From Vermamoeba vermiformis (lineage: Eukaryota): a DNA stretch of 64,000 nt. Position 1 is the stretch's first letter. The number at the start of each line of letters is the position of its first letter. The stretch is from NCBI GenBank assembly GCA_045837725.1, contig JBEWZL010000126.1, forward strand, positions 372,001 through 436,000. Reading direction: 5' to 3'. Both the position numbers and the translations under genes were made by a program. The notes beneath the pieces are model-generated. The model ran no database searches, had not been told where the DNA came from, and worked only from the letters and a program-made list of their open reading frames with translations. Of the stretch, positions 27,551 through 41,800 are shown piece after piece.

Positions 27551-29091
27551 GTCAACTTGTCATAACACATTTAATCGACCAATCCTAACAAAGCTTTCTG
27601 TAACACAAGTATTTAATTTCAATTACCATCGCTTTATCAATATGTTGCATAGCAACGTTACGTGGTAAGGACGCGAATGCTAAACTTAAACGTGTGCTCG
27701 AAGGGCGGTTAAATGCGCAAAAAAAACAGAAATTTCCTTCGCCGTGACAGACACACCGTAATTGGCGTGTACTGTATAGTGAATATTATCGTTATTGACG
27801 TAGCAAATCTCTCCGGAGAACACCCGTTCCAATGAAATTCACATTTTTTCACTTCCAGAAAACTCCCGATGATTGGCATTGAGGCACATCCAACTTAAAA
27901 TTAAGTCCGTTTAATAAAGTTGTATACATTGCGTTTCTTTACAGCTTGTACAAGAGTAGGGGAGTGAGATAATTAATGATAGCATGAAAAAACGGATCTC
28001 AAACGCATTTGTTTTTCCGATCTATGCACCACACCACTGCCATAATCACGATCTGTATATCAATGGCACATTAGGCTTTGTCGCTCGCGTATCTTTTCAA
28101 CTGTCATCAAATGTCAGTTTTGTAATGTTCCTCCAAAGAAGTGCGTTTGCGTAAAACAGAAAATAATGGCCCTACGAGAAGCTCCATAATACAAAGCGAC
28201 TTCTATTTGGCTGTTGGGGCGCACGCTTTGCATGTTAACGTACCGATTACCGGTAACTATTTTCTTTGAATTCAAATTAGCAATCTGTTCGTCTTTTCGA
28301 TGGACAGAAATAATTACTGTAATTACAAATTAGTTATTTATTTAACTCAAACGCAAAATGGCAATTTCTTCTACATCCTAATTAATTATTTTTATTTGCG
28401 TGAGATCTTACTACTTGTCCATTTGTAACACTGCTTGGCACTAATGAATTATTCTATTCTATCTATATAGGTCACTGTCGACCAGCCGGCGTCCGATTTT
28501 TTCCGCCGCAGATCAGCGTTTTTTACGTATTCAAAGAATGGTTCCAGTACGCGTATATCGTCCGCATACTTCCAACACTTATCTTACCAAATTTAGAATT
28601 GTTGTGTTTGCACCAAGAAATATCGTGGCCTCTACTGGTTCAGCGATTCAGATCGAGAAGAATTAACCGGTATACTTGGTTGTCCTGCAACGCTTGAGTG
28701 GGTTGATTATTGGTACGTCGTCTTTGACTACAACCGAATGGCTTATAGCCTGAGCGGTGGTGCTGATTAGCAAGAAAATATTCTTAGCTTGCCATCTTTA
28801 TTCGTAAAGTAAGTCCAATTTGTGCTTGATATTGGTATAGCGACAATCAATAATGCTCTAGCTACGACCAGCGCCACTCGTTACGGTCGGCTAGTGATGT
28901 TTTGGTCGTGGATCGCGATTCAAGCGAATTAATCATGACTGACTATTTTAAACCAACAGCTGTATTACATTGTCGATATCCCAGTTGAATTTGAATTCTT
29001 TCTTTGTTTTTTGGCTGCCGATATTTTTTGAATCACTTTGACAGGCTTAAATACTGCCGACAAATTCTAATTGTTTTTATTCAGATTCGCT

Positions 29092-29599
29092 ATGGCGGTC
29101 ACAAGAGAATGCAAAATAATAATCTTTTTGATTATTATGCTCTTCGGAGCAGGCGCGCTCATCGTGGGCATATTCATAGCCGCAATAGGCATTAGCAGTG
29201 ATGTTCTAAGTGCCGATGGTAATTACAGCGAAAAATATTTAAATTTTACTAATTATAATCAGTCATCAAAATTGCTGGCTACGTATTGATAGGCGTTGGT
29301 GGTGCTATATTCATCGTAGGCGGAATGTTCTTCGCTATTAACGTGCACAGTAAGTTCCGATCGTAATTCCAAATTCGCGCCTAATCGTTACAGAAAAACG
29401 GCGTGACGAAACATATGAAAAACGAATGGTAAAAAAGCGAGAAAAAGAGGAAAAGAAAAGGCAGAAGGAAATTGAAGCGAAAAAGAAGAACACAATGATC
29501 GCATCCTTTTCCACATCCAGCACTGCTTCGACGACTAGCGGCATGTCGACATCACGGTCGAGTGTATTATTGCTGAATACCTATCCCGAGGAGGTATAA
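29092..29599 (+). CDS. Small two-TM membrane protein with a K/E-rich then Ser-rich tail
   Basis: Three exons with phase-compatible GT-AG introns. Hydrophobic segments IIIFLIIMLFGAGALIVGIFIAAIG and YVLIGVGGAIFIVGGMFFAI. An upstream exon is possible. Confidence 0.6.
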
Positions 29600-29944
29600 G
29601 CTCATTTTTGTTGTTTATAATGTACAGCTGGTTTTATACCAGAAATTAAAATCTCGAAAACCTATCTCGACAGAAATTTCGAATCACAACTGATAATCAG
29701 GTACCTTGCGTCATATAATTATCAATATTATGTTACGACATCGTACGGCGAACGAATTCGTCAATTGAGTAGATTTAATTTCTTTTCATCGTTTGCGGAT
29801 CTGGATCCAGGCCTCAATCAATAGTTTTAATCCAACAATTTCATGAAATTAATTTAATTGAGATATATAATAAACAATTTTACGTTGTGCGCCAAGTAGA
29901 ACTTCTGACGCTCACGTGACTGGACATCGCCGTTCACTGAACGA

Positions 29945-32900
29945 CTAATTCTTTTTGAGAATGCTATTCGCGTACTGGTCTCTATTCTTGCTGTTGTAGA
30001 GCAATTGGCTGTATTCGCCCATCATCAGATTGTTAAATGTATAGTCGTCTGTTTTCTTGCTTCCACCGCTGAATAATTGCAATGATTAGCACGCTTGTTT
30101 CTACCTTATATGGTAATAAATAGTACTTACTCGTAGTTGAAATAATCGTAGTCTCTGTTGCAAGTGTAGCACGTGGTATTGTACAAAATGGAACTGAACA
30201 AAATGTTGTCCAATGTTCCGCGAGGACTGCCAGTCAAACCTTAAAACGATAATAAAATTAATAAAACTAGCACTAAGCCTATACAAAATATCGGAAATAA
30301 ATTGCTAATGTTTTCACGACTGTGAAAAATATCAATTTTTTTCACGGATTAGATCTTGGTCATGAAACGTGTTTCCAAATAAGGCAATACTTACGGTTGA
30401 TGCTCCAACAGTCCCTATTGTTCGCGCAGTCACTCAACGGATCAATCACTTGATGCTGCACAATGCTGCCGCTGATGTGTCCGAACAGATCCAGCGAACA
30501 GAGCGGTTTCCACTGATAGTCCACCGACTGCATATTAAAGTTGTCCTTATAATACTGTTGCGTGGTTGAACTGTTGTAATCCACGCCTGCAAACAGATTT
30601 CCACCAATCGTTGGCGAGAACACTCCGTCGCGCCATAATAGGAACAAGAGGCCTTCGAGCTTGTTCACGACGGAATAACTCGTCGACAAGAAAATAATTG
30701 TTACGTATTCCTCGAGGGCTTCCTAATTTAGTAAAGGAAATTAAATATCTTGGTGGTAAAAGACAAAATGCTGTGAAAAATTTTGAGGTCACGCCAATTT
30801 CGATTATTTCCTTATTTGGAAGTGTCAAGAGCATACCTTGATGACGAGAGGTCTCCACGCGTTGTTATTGATGTCAGTCACGTGTCCATTGTACTTCGAA
30901 AAGTCAAAAGTTTTCAACGTCACTCCGCGCCACGTGTCCACTTCTTTGCGCTGCGAGTCACTGAGACCCAAGTCGTAAATCACCACGGCAATACTTGACT
31001 CGTGCGAGTGCATCGATCCGACCTAAATGAAAATCCCATATTAGGAAAGAGATTCGGATCCAAAAATTATGTTCTTTTTTCACGTACGAGATTTTTGAGG
31101 TCGTTGAAGTGGCTGCTGGCGGCACCAGTGATGAATTTAATCTCGCTCTTGAGATCTTTTTCAATCTGCAAATATTTGCGGTGCGTGACAGTGTTCATGA
31201 ACGACGAGGCCGTGCCTTGCGCGGGTAATGACGAGACACCCGCAGTGCAGTGCTTGGTGTAGCGCTCAGGATTGAAATACTTCGAGTACGTCGAGGACGT
31301 GCAGCGACACGATTGGTGGTCTAAAAATAGATCGTGAGAATAAATTATTGCAATGTTTTCGAGTAAATTTTTTTCAAATGAGTGTAGTGAAGTCCAAGGA
31401 TATTGTTTCCAAATAAGGCAATAACGCGTGTGCGAGTACGTACCGTGGAAGTCAGCCTTGACACGTGCTTTGATCGTGTTCCACTGCGCAAAGTTCTTGC
31501 TCACGCCGTCCCAGTCCTCACACGTGCGCACTTCGCCTGCACAATAACAAAAATAAACTATTAGCAAACCAATAGATAACAATAGCAAATATAGCACTGC
31601 AGCATAATGTCAAACAAACATATTATAATAATCGGCATTAAAGATTTGTCCAGCAACATTTGAACCATCAGTAAGCGTACTAAAGATTAATAATACGATG
31701 GCAATGTCTCGTGATATAACTATTCAAATTTGAATGCCCGTGCGTACCGTTGTAAGGTCCACTGCCGCGCCTGTGATGCAACACTTCAGTGCCAATCTTC
31801 TTCGGGTCCTCGCCACCAGCCACGTGATTGGTGAATGCCGAGTCCATGGCGCACTGCACACAGACCGTGCGATAGACTTGCATCGAGAACAGCGGCTGAT
31901 CTTTGCCGTACGACCGCGTCTCGGTCAGTTCTGGCACTAAAAATAGAACAAACCATTAGAACAATATTACTATTTTAGGAAATGAGTTGTTGATCGAGGG
32001 CAAATTATTCGGTTAGTGAAAATACGGTTCAGTGAAAATATGGTTCAGTGAAATTACCTGCAGGAGGTGTCAAACACAATTCATCGAGCGCACATTCAAC
32101 GGCTGGTCTGCAAATGAATATTAGCAAAGATTGATGACACAACGTAGATTACTATTTTTAGATTATTTTCCCGTTCAGGTAAAATGATAGATTGATCCGT
32201 ACTTGATCACGCCGTTAAAAGCACCGCCCCAATAGGTGCCACCGTGCACGCCACCAGCAGTCATTGGTCGGCCCAAAAATGACTCGAGTGTCGTGTTGAA
32301 GTGCTCGAACATGCCTGGTCTGCCACCACGTGTCAAGCTGTCACCCATGCCCGTGCAGAAATAGCCTTCTTTGTTGACACGTTGACGGATGTAATTGATT
32401 GGCTGACGAATTTCATAGCCGCTGTCCACGTACAAGATCTGCACGGAAAAAATTTTAGCAAAGTTTGATTTTTCCGGATCTTGTCTAATTGTAATTACCT
32501 TGCCGTATTCTTCGAGTGCTTGTTGCACTACGAGAGCTTTCCACGCGAAATTTCGCAAACTTTTAACGTGTGGTGGATACTTGTCGAAATCAAAGGGCCG
32601 GATCTGTTCCGATAAATAAAAATAACGTTAGCATTCGATTTATCATGTTTTATATAATAGGTATAATTATAGTATTATCTTACCGTTACTTTACACCACT
32701 TTGAAATTTGAGCCTTATTTTCCGCTGACAGACCCAGATCATAAACAGCAATCTAGTTAGAGTTGAAATAAGTACGTATATTATTAGGGCTATACTACTA
32801 TAGTGTATTTATGCTATTATTGCTTATTTACCTCTAAATCGGGCTCCCAGTAGTGAACAGATCCGACGATATTGCCTAAATGACCTACGAACCCAGAACT

Positions 32901-33526
32901 TGCAGCCGTTACGAGTGTAAGTGGCAAATTGAGTAATTCGGGGTCTGTGGTCGGCTTGGGCTTGCAGGGATCGTGACTGTAGCGCTAAATGGAAAAATAA
33001 ATATTTTAAAAATCTATTATGGATCAAAGAATCGAAATTGCAAAAAAATAGTAAAATAGCGCTATAATAACAGAAAAATAATTTATAAGATTTTTGGCGT
33101 TGAAATTGAGGCAAAATTAAGGCGAAGAAAGGTTGTTATTCAGAAAACGGTAAAAAAATATTTCAATAAATCGAATTTACAGCAATAATACTATCTTGAT
33201 ATAATTCGTACCTTAATATCTTCATCCGATAAATGATCATTAAAATCGACACGTGGTTTGGCGACGTCATCTTGATGTTGCTGATGCGTTTGAGAACTTT
33301 GAGGTGGCGTAACAGCTGCTGGTACTCGCGTTACAACATTAGGAACAGTATGTACATTGGGTTTGGTTGGTAAATACACAGCTTCGTAAATATGATCGTT
33401 AGATCTAGTGTTGGGCGTGATAATCCAGATCGTAAACAAAGAACAGCCGATAATCGTCGCTACGAAGGTCTTAAATAATAATTCTGACCTCCGTCGTTCG
33501 GCAACACGAGACCGTCCTCTATGCAT
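29945..33526 (-). CDS. Type II membrane protein with two tandem DUF1647 (glycosyltransferase-like) domains
   Basis: N-terminal TM and stem. Domain 1: VTAASS..YDLGLS..FDFDKYPPHV..FAWK..YVDSG..DQ. Domain 2: ITGAASSHF..YDLGLS..FDFSKY..AWRPL. The two join by a phase-compatible intron; two separate genes are not excluded. Confidence 0.75.
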
Positions 33527-33839
33527 TCAATTAATAGGCGCGTGTTGGTCTATTGGACAAATCTGAAAAATAAAGGCAAATTTTCATTTTGTTATTGATA
33601 AATACCACAAACAACGGGTATTTATGCTAGTAATCGAGATGTGATATTATAATTAGCCTAGGGAGTTCAGATTGCCTCTGTTTGTAGATCTTTCCCGCCA
33701 TCCGAAATTATTTGAGGTAAATATAATTTTTTAAATAGTACGGATACCAATGCTTATGCAATTACAAAAATAGCCCAGGTTTATGTTGTTAAATTCCTCA
33801 GGTGGTTGTAAATAGAAAATTTCTTGCTGCGCATCATCT

Positions 33840-34380
33840 CGTTCCAAATTGGCCAATAATGTATTTCTCGAATGTTATACTCATAATAGATGACATTTAA
33901 ATGATACAGTGTAATATAATTTCTTACTTCATTAGAATTTACGTACAAATTTAATGAATTTAACGAACAAATACTCGCCGCCGATCAACAGACAGAGACT
34001 GGTCTTGCCATGAGCAAGGACCGTGTAGAGATGAATGCCGGTGAGAAGTGCTACTACAGCTAAAATGATAGAATGAGTAATCCACGTTGGTTGTGATAAA
34101 TCTAATCGTTTCCGTTGCAACGGATGTGAATTTATTTTTCGTATCATCAATACTTACGACCTAATAAGAATTTAAATACGTTGCGCATGATAGCAACACC
34201 CACATTCTAATAATTATACGATTATTTAAATTAAAATTCATTTTTTAATCCTTTGTATTGACCGAACATCAACTTACATCGCCTGAACGAAGCTTTTTTT
34301 TGGCATATATATTTCCTGCTATTGTTGTGATGGTGCCTGCTATGAGCGCGGCGGTTAGCGATGTTCGTATCGGCTGATCC
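33840..34380 (-). CDS. Possible small multi-exon membrane protein (boundaries uncertain)
   Basis: Short hydrophobic open segments bounded by GT/AG (SLTAALIAGTITTIAG; HSIILAVVALLTGIHLY). No family recognised. Confidence 0.3.
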
Positions 34381-34743
34381 TGCAAGCTAGGCAGATAATT
34401 CGATGCAGAATGCATAATATTCGACATTTTGTGCTGAGTTAATAATGTAAGCTAGTAAAAATAGCTCATTGAACGAACATTTTTAATTTTAAGATATTTG
34501 CGAGATTAATTTAGAGCAGTTTTAACGGTTTTGGGCGAAAAAAGATTAACGACAGACGCAACAGCAATAATATCTCATACTTTATCGTCCGTAGTTCAAT
34601 TAATGCAAGTCAAAACATTTACGAACAGTTCTTTATCATTCGCCTGGTTACATCCGCGATCTCATTCAACCCTTCCACGGGCTATTGATGATCTCGACTA
34701 ATGTCAGTTTATGGTTACATTGGTTCAAGCTAATGAGGGTGCA

Positions 34744-36031
34744 ATGTTCACGAGACTCGGACCGCGCAACAATTTTGCAGTCGGGTTGAACCTCATTCGT
34801 TCATTACCCGCACAACAGAGCACCACAAATGCTCCACACAATCATCACACATACGAGTGCAGTAAAGCAAAGAGTATTCGCTGCTTCATTGTCCAAGCGC
34901 ACTATATGTATGATTACAACTACTCGTAGTAAACCCCCTTGCAGTTCGTTTGCAAAAGTGGGTTTGTTCGGACGCACGAAACAATCTGCGGTTAATATGG
35001 TACAAAATTATTCTTCGAAATTATGGCACGCTAGCAGGGCTTATGCAAGTAAGTCGCAAAATAAGCATTAAAACCATTTTCGTTAACGAAACAAAAATTA
35101 GCTGCAAATGACTCCAATCAGCGACGTAAATTCGAGCACGTGGGTAAGATCCATATTCCACGACCTCGCAGTAGTTCTTCTGGACACGACGCTTGTTTCA
35201 GTTCAACCGATCAATCAGTGTTGGGTGTGTTCGGAGGTAAAAATACATTTAAATTTAATAATCATTGTTTTGTTTGCACCAACTTACAACTCTCTTTAGC
35301 GACACACGATAAAGATAACAAATCTATGCGTAAAGTTGTCACAAATGCGAAACGAGAAGCGGACAACATTGGTACTACAGATCCGTCAAAGATTATTCAA
35401 GCCGCGGTGTCTGGTTTGACTATAAGTGATTGTCAATGGTACGATATGATTACAAGGTAATGTTACTGATGCTGTATTAGCACAGCATGCATTGCTGTAT
35501 TGAAAGGCAACACCATTTGCACTTCGAATGTTGGAGACGCGGGACTGTTGGTCTTCAGACCGTCCAACAAACAAGTAAGCTGTTGTAATTCTTCTTATTA
35601 TGCCAGCTTATTAACATTACTATAGATTTTGTTCCGCTCGGTTACCGAAAACCAAAACTTAAGAATTCCATCAGATAAGGAAGCTATATCGACTGCAGAT
35701 GTTCAGTATGCAATATCTTATCATAGTATAATTAATCTTCATCATGCCGAACAGGATCAAAGTGTTGGAGGGTGACGTCGTTCTACTGGCCTCTAACAGC
35801 GTGTTCAACAACTTGAAAGACCAGCTATTGGTCAGCTGCGCCAGCGAGGTGTTATCCACCGGCATTGGCACTGATGAGAGTTTGGCACAAAATATTGCCA
35901 ATAGGGTGGCTTCTCAAGTTACTAGCGAACTATACAGCGCTTATGCTAGTTTTAAACTTGAAAGGCGGTATGACGTTACACTGGTGGTCGGCATTGTAGG
36001 AAAAACAGAAAAAGACGATACAAAAAAATAG
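34744..36031 (+). CDS. PTC7-like PP2C-fold protein, probably catalytically inactive, with a mitochondrial-type presequence
   Basis: GHDACF..LGVFG, STACIAVL..SNVGDAGL, GDVVLLASNSVFNN and YDVTLVV follow the PTC7 motif order. The N-terminus MFTRLGPRNNF is basic and poor in acidic residues. Confidence 0.75.
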
Positions 36032-36133
36032 AATAGACTACATAATATTGATGTAACAATTAGTCAATCCTTTTGAATCCCGTTGAAAGGAAATTAAAAT
36101 GCATAAATAAATTATTGAACTTACGGCGCACTT

Positions 36134-38725
36134 TTACTTGACTTGCAATGCAATGGTTTTGTATAAAGCCATATCATTGGAGACAGTATCTAACGTATAC
36201 ATCATGCGATAGTCAGCTGGCTCGAAAACAAACTAAAAAAATGGCGTTAGTCAAATCCGTTAAAATAACCCAAAATGATGCTCTCTAATTACCTCAGCGG
36301 GGTATTTGCCGTTAAGATTATCCCAAGGATATTGCTCCCATAATGCCCAACGAAGTACGGCGCTGAAACAAAACGATCAGATCGCATCCAAGTTAAAAAT
36401 ACCTAAAAAATTTGTACGTACTTTGTAGGGAACTGTTGAGGGGCATAAGGGCTGTCCATAAGATTTAAGAGCTTCATTTCTTCTAGCAAGTATTGCAATT
36501 CATAGACCAAGCCACCAATAAAACTTGCGACCTGATCGCCGATCAGAAAAATCTTAAGAATGGAAGTGCTCTTACCATTTGTGGTCTATTGGCAATACCA
36601 CCAACTACTACAATGCGTCCTTGATTGGTTTCTTGAATATTTCGAGCCGTCAACGCGCATGCGCTACCGCAAGTTCTGAATTCGAAGAAAACGTTAGTAT
36701 TTCCAACTTGACCTTATTCTAATTATTCAATATTACCCGTCGGTAAGTACTATAACATTGGCGGGATTGAAGACGAAGCTCGAGTCGAAAGGAGGCACAT
36801 CCAACATGGAGCAGTCATCTTGCAGCTTGTTTGAGTACTTTGAAGCTGAATTACCGCGGAAATAAGTATTTCCAGGTAATATCCAGCCTATTGAATATTA
36901 TATTAAGTCATTTGCGCTTATTTTTGAAGCTTTGGATCTTACTCAGATCTTGGTATTGAGCACCAGTGTTGTAGTCGAAGTACTTCCAAGGAGAGAAAAT
37001 AGAATAGACATCTCTAGGCAATTTAGCAGCATTTTGAGCGAGAGCGAGAGTCAAGTTCGAGTGAATGAGATCGAACACTGGATGTTGCGGGTATTGCAGT
37101 GATTCGGGGAACATTAAGCGCAAGAATTGCATCGCTAAACATACGTAACCACCACCATTGCCTCTATAATAGTAATATTATATAAGCTTTTAATTTGAAA
37201 GGCATTGACAGAAATAAAATATTTGTTGAAATTTAAAAATCGTCTAAATTACTTGTAATATTGAATATCATTATATTAAAACTAATGCATACCTAAAGTC
37301 CAAGATGAGCTGCTTCAATTTCAATTGATTAGCCAAGACTAAAGAGCGTTGCAGATCGAACAAAAATTGAGGCTCGCTTTGCAAATCGTCGTTGGTGTCC
37401 AATCCGTATTTCTCAGGCATAAAGCTGTTGATTTTCATCGCTGCTACACCATTACCAACATTAAATAGCGAAATATTCTCGCCTTGATAGATCGGTTTTT
37501 GAGATGCAGATGCGCGTTTTTGTTTTTGCGGTAAGTGATAGCTCTTGTCATCAAACAATTGTGCCTTAACATATTCAGTCTCTTCTAATATCGTAGAAGG
37601 TGAATCAACGTAAGGAATGCTGCCGTTGCGAATAGATCTGTCGCCAGTAAAACAAGCTTGATAAATGTCTGCGACATTTCTCAGTGCTGTGGCTTGCCAC
37701 TTAAGAGTGACGGTGTTACTATAATAGATATTAACAATATAGTACTCGCGTTGAAGTATTTTGAGCGGATCTTACGTAACGCCAGTTCCATAATCGTGAA
37801 GTTCGAATGTTTCAGCTTCTTGCGATGGAATTCCATATGTGCCTTGAGAACGCGTGGTATAAAGTGATTTTATGGCGTAATTGAATCTATTTAACGAAAT
37901 TAGAGGAATTGAGATCGCATGCGTACTCGATCTGACTTACCTGCTGCCCAAATCAAGCGAGAACGGAGCATTAGTATCCGCAAAATTAATAAGATATGTC
38001 ACTGCATTTTGATTATTGATTTTGTTGATTCTTTTGCCCACAAGAGTCTGATCGTACTTGGCGCTAATAATAACGATTTCTTGGCTCGAAGTTGACTCGT
38101 TAAATATAGATGCAATTTGGAACGGCAAGAAGAATGAGAATGAACTGTAACAACCTGGCTTGCGGTACTGTGAAAGTGACAGCGTCAGATCTACTATCAA
38201 AAGTCGAAAGAACTTTCAAAATTAATTTCCAGAGCACAATATTGCTTCGTAATAATATTTGCTCGTGTATTAACCATGTTTCAATTATTAACAGCTTACT
38301 TGAGTGTGCGGATCGTTCAGACTAAGAAAGAAAAAAAAATATTAAGGATTGACAAGCTTATTTTGAATATCTTACGTGGTTAAAAAGCTGGCCAATGCTT
38401 GTTGAAATTCGTAATCGGTTTTGAAATCATTTCTAGCGTTGATCTTGCTCAATCCACCGAAAATATCTACGTGCAACGGTAACCACTGTGGATCAGGGCT
38501 GTTGGCTGCTATGTCTCTAAACACGTACATTTGAAGTGCTTTTTGCACGGTGTCCATAGTTTGGGCTTTAATTGAGGCATTGTAAGGAATGGACAACATG
38601 CACGTTGCCATCTGGCCATAAGGAATGATATCTCCCTTGGTAAACGAGCATTTCTGCTGCGCCAGTGATATATTAAATATAGTAAATATAAATAAAGCTA
38701 CAGAAAGGACTCTTGTTGACTTCAT
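36134..38725 (-). CDS. Secreted peptidase S41 family protein
   Basis: Signal peptide, LNDPHT, LILDFRGNGGG, IVILTDG.CGSAC (catalytic Ser region) and FVFEPAD near the C-terminus. Confidence 0.85.
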
Positions 38726-38843
38726 TTTGAAATCTAACGAATAAAATAAAAAATTTGTTTGATCTTTTTTCGTCCGCGCAAAAGTTGCATAGGCACCATA
38801 TTTGGCCTTATAAATAGCTTGTATATATTATATAGACGATTAA

Positions 38844-41800
38844 ATGTCGAATTTAATCGTTCCTACATTTATTTGGCACGGGGCTCCAAGTCATCGGATC
38901 ACCAGCGCTGCTTTTTCACCGAATAGAACCCGATTATATACTGGATCTGATAACGGGCATATTTGTGTTTGGTCTATTGATAGTAAGGTATGCATCAGAA
39001 TTTATGGATTATTTTGAAAATAAAAATTACGAAAATGGAATTTTCTGTAACGGAATCTGCTTGTATATGCAAATTTTTTCGTGCATATAATATTAAATAT
39101 AGCCGTCATAATATTATTGCTACGTAGAGTCGCTATTACTTCAATTTACATTTTTTTTTAATTTGCTTGATCTGCTTACGTGTTGCAATCTCCTGCGTCA
39201 ATAATCCTTTTCTATTTATGCCTATTTACGATTAAATATTTATTATGGTGCTTACATATATGCAATTATAGGACTCGTCATTGGAGCCGATTTTGGTATT
39301 ATTTAGCAATGAAGAGTCTCCAATCACGGGAATTTGCTGCGTAAATTATGAATGGAAAGAGTCAATAGTAACAGGTATTATTATAGTCCTATTTGATTTA
39401 TTTCAACGAAGTTTCAAGAACGGATCTTAGATCAATTTTCTATTGAGTGTATTATCGCTACATATTAATGGCCCTATTTTTTTAGTATCACTCGATGGTA
39501 CATTATCAATATGGTCTCAAACTGATGGTCAATGTCTCGCGAGCAGATCCAGAGGTAAATTTTAATATTTGAAAATAATAATGCCTATTAATAATTAAAT
39601 TTATAGTATTTAAATGCTCGCCAAAAATGATCCGATTATTGCCCGATCAAACCCACGTGGCAGTGAGTGGATTGAGTGCTGACATTGAGGTGCTGGATCT
39701 CAATTCATTAAAGGTACGGCGGTATCATAGCCTTATATATAATATCATATCATGCTCATAATACCACCTAGATTACACATCGCAGCACAGACGCAGAAGA
39801 TTGGATCAAATGTCTCGACATTGGAAAATTGGGCGGCATTGAAAGTACGTCGTACAATTCCAAAAAAATTTCCGAATGACATCGCACCATAATATTATTA
39901 TAATATAATACGCGTTATATACTACTATCACATTCAGTTACATATAACAATCATGAAAGGACTGCATTAATTATTAATTTTTTCGCGTGTTCGCAGTTAT
40001 GTGGAGTCTGAGCATTCGCGGCACACTGCGCTATTGGCCGATTGAAGACGAATACAAAAACAACACTGCGAGTTTTGACCGCGACAAACCAGATTCCATG
40101 CCCATTCAAACGATTGTACTTGACATTCCTGACCCCGTGCACGCGTGCATGTCACCGAATAATCAGACGCTAGTCATTGTAACTAATAGTGAATGGCGGG
40201 TACGTGTTATATTTATAATCGTGGCTATCAATCAATCATATATAACATCACTTAAATTGCAAAAACATATGAGATCCAGATCCGTGAAAAAAATATTTAA
40301 AAATTAAAATATTCTCAACTACACATCTTAATTGCAATACTAACGTATATATATTATTAGCTACTTACAGCCAATGGTTCAAATTTGTTGATGAAAGTTG
40401 CTGCCCCAGATGCGAGTGGTTGCAACTACGCCCATTACGTCGACAACACAACGATTGTAGTGTGGACTAAGGTACGGTTATTATTAATGATATAATATAG
40501 CCGAGTCCTATATTAACTTCCACCTATTAGCGAGGCTATGGCTATGTATATAAATTACCCATCACCGCCAGTACTTCGCTCAACAAAAGCACCGAATTGT
40601 AAGTGTGAAAAAAATCCATCCTTTTCTAGTAAATATTAACGTCGTATTTATGATATTTATATATAGGGTGCCTAGTGAAGATGTTTTGCCGCAATCAGTG
40701 CTGTCGTTCGATTCAGATCCGGAAGATATTGTCAGCCTGTTATTGAATGACTTTGTGTTCGCAGCAAGTCACCAGTCCATTGCTGTCTGTTCAGAGGACG
40801 GTAAGCGCGGAACAATTTTCCATATTTGGCAATCAGAATAATTAACCTGACTAATCCAACAGGCTTCGTAAAAATTTGGAAAATCAGTCCAGATTCATTG
40901 CCGAAGTCTTTGAATCCAGTAATGGGTACGTATTGATTATATATGAATACTTAATATAGTAATTGAGTCCTAACCTATTTTTAGAATCGTGTTTTGAGGA
41001 CGGATGGGACGTAGTTGATTACGACAAAAAAGTGACTGCTAGTCTCGTGATTGAACAGCCGTTGACTTTGATTACCGGATATGGTAAGTACTTTCCATAT
41101 CAGGAAAAATTTTAATTCCGATAAAAAGACCGCTAACAGTATTAAAAATAGAGGATGGATCGATATCGATCAGCAAACTGCCCTATGACACCACGCCTAG
41201 TGTGTGGAAAGGTCACGCGGAAAAAATTAACTGTTTGATGGTGATGAAACACGAGGGCGAGGACTTTTTACTGAGCGGATCTGACGACGGATACATTAAG
41301 ACGTGGGATATGAAGTACGTAATCTTTAAAATAATTCATACCGTTACTAGTGCTCATATTGCAATATTTTCTAGGAAAAAGAAGCTCGTTCATCGCCTGA
41401 GCAATCAAAGTGGACCTATTTTGCAATTATTTAGGCCACAAGAATTACCGAGTGGTCCTAAATGGAAAAATAGATTTATGTCGCTTAGTCTTGACACTAC
41501 AATAGCTCTATATCGATTTGAATCCGTGCCTCAGTGGTAAGTTGTAGTTTCGTAACGGATACGCTTTTGGTCAAACTTTGGTCAAACACCAAAAATAATC
41601 GGTCCAAAAGGCGTTAATTTCCTTAGAAATAATTTTAAAGTGACCTTCTATAGCATTACATATCCTTAATAATAATAATGATAATTTCCTAATTTTTCTA
41701 TAATTTTAGTATTCATGTCTTTGGCAAACACTCCGCGCAAATTAAAGAAGTGCGATGGCAACCAGACCAAGACTATTTGCTAGTTCAATCAATGGACGAC

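Noticed and set aside
28358-28800. Exon-like fragments including YVVFDY..R, reminiscent of an aspartic protease end
   Set aside because: Stops interrupt the frames, there is no DTG motif, and no coherent gene model could be built.
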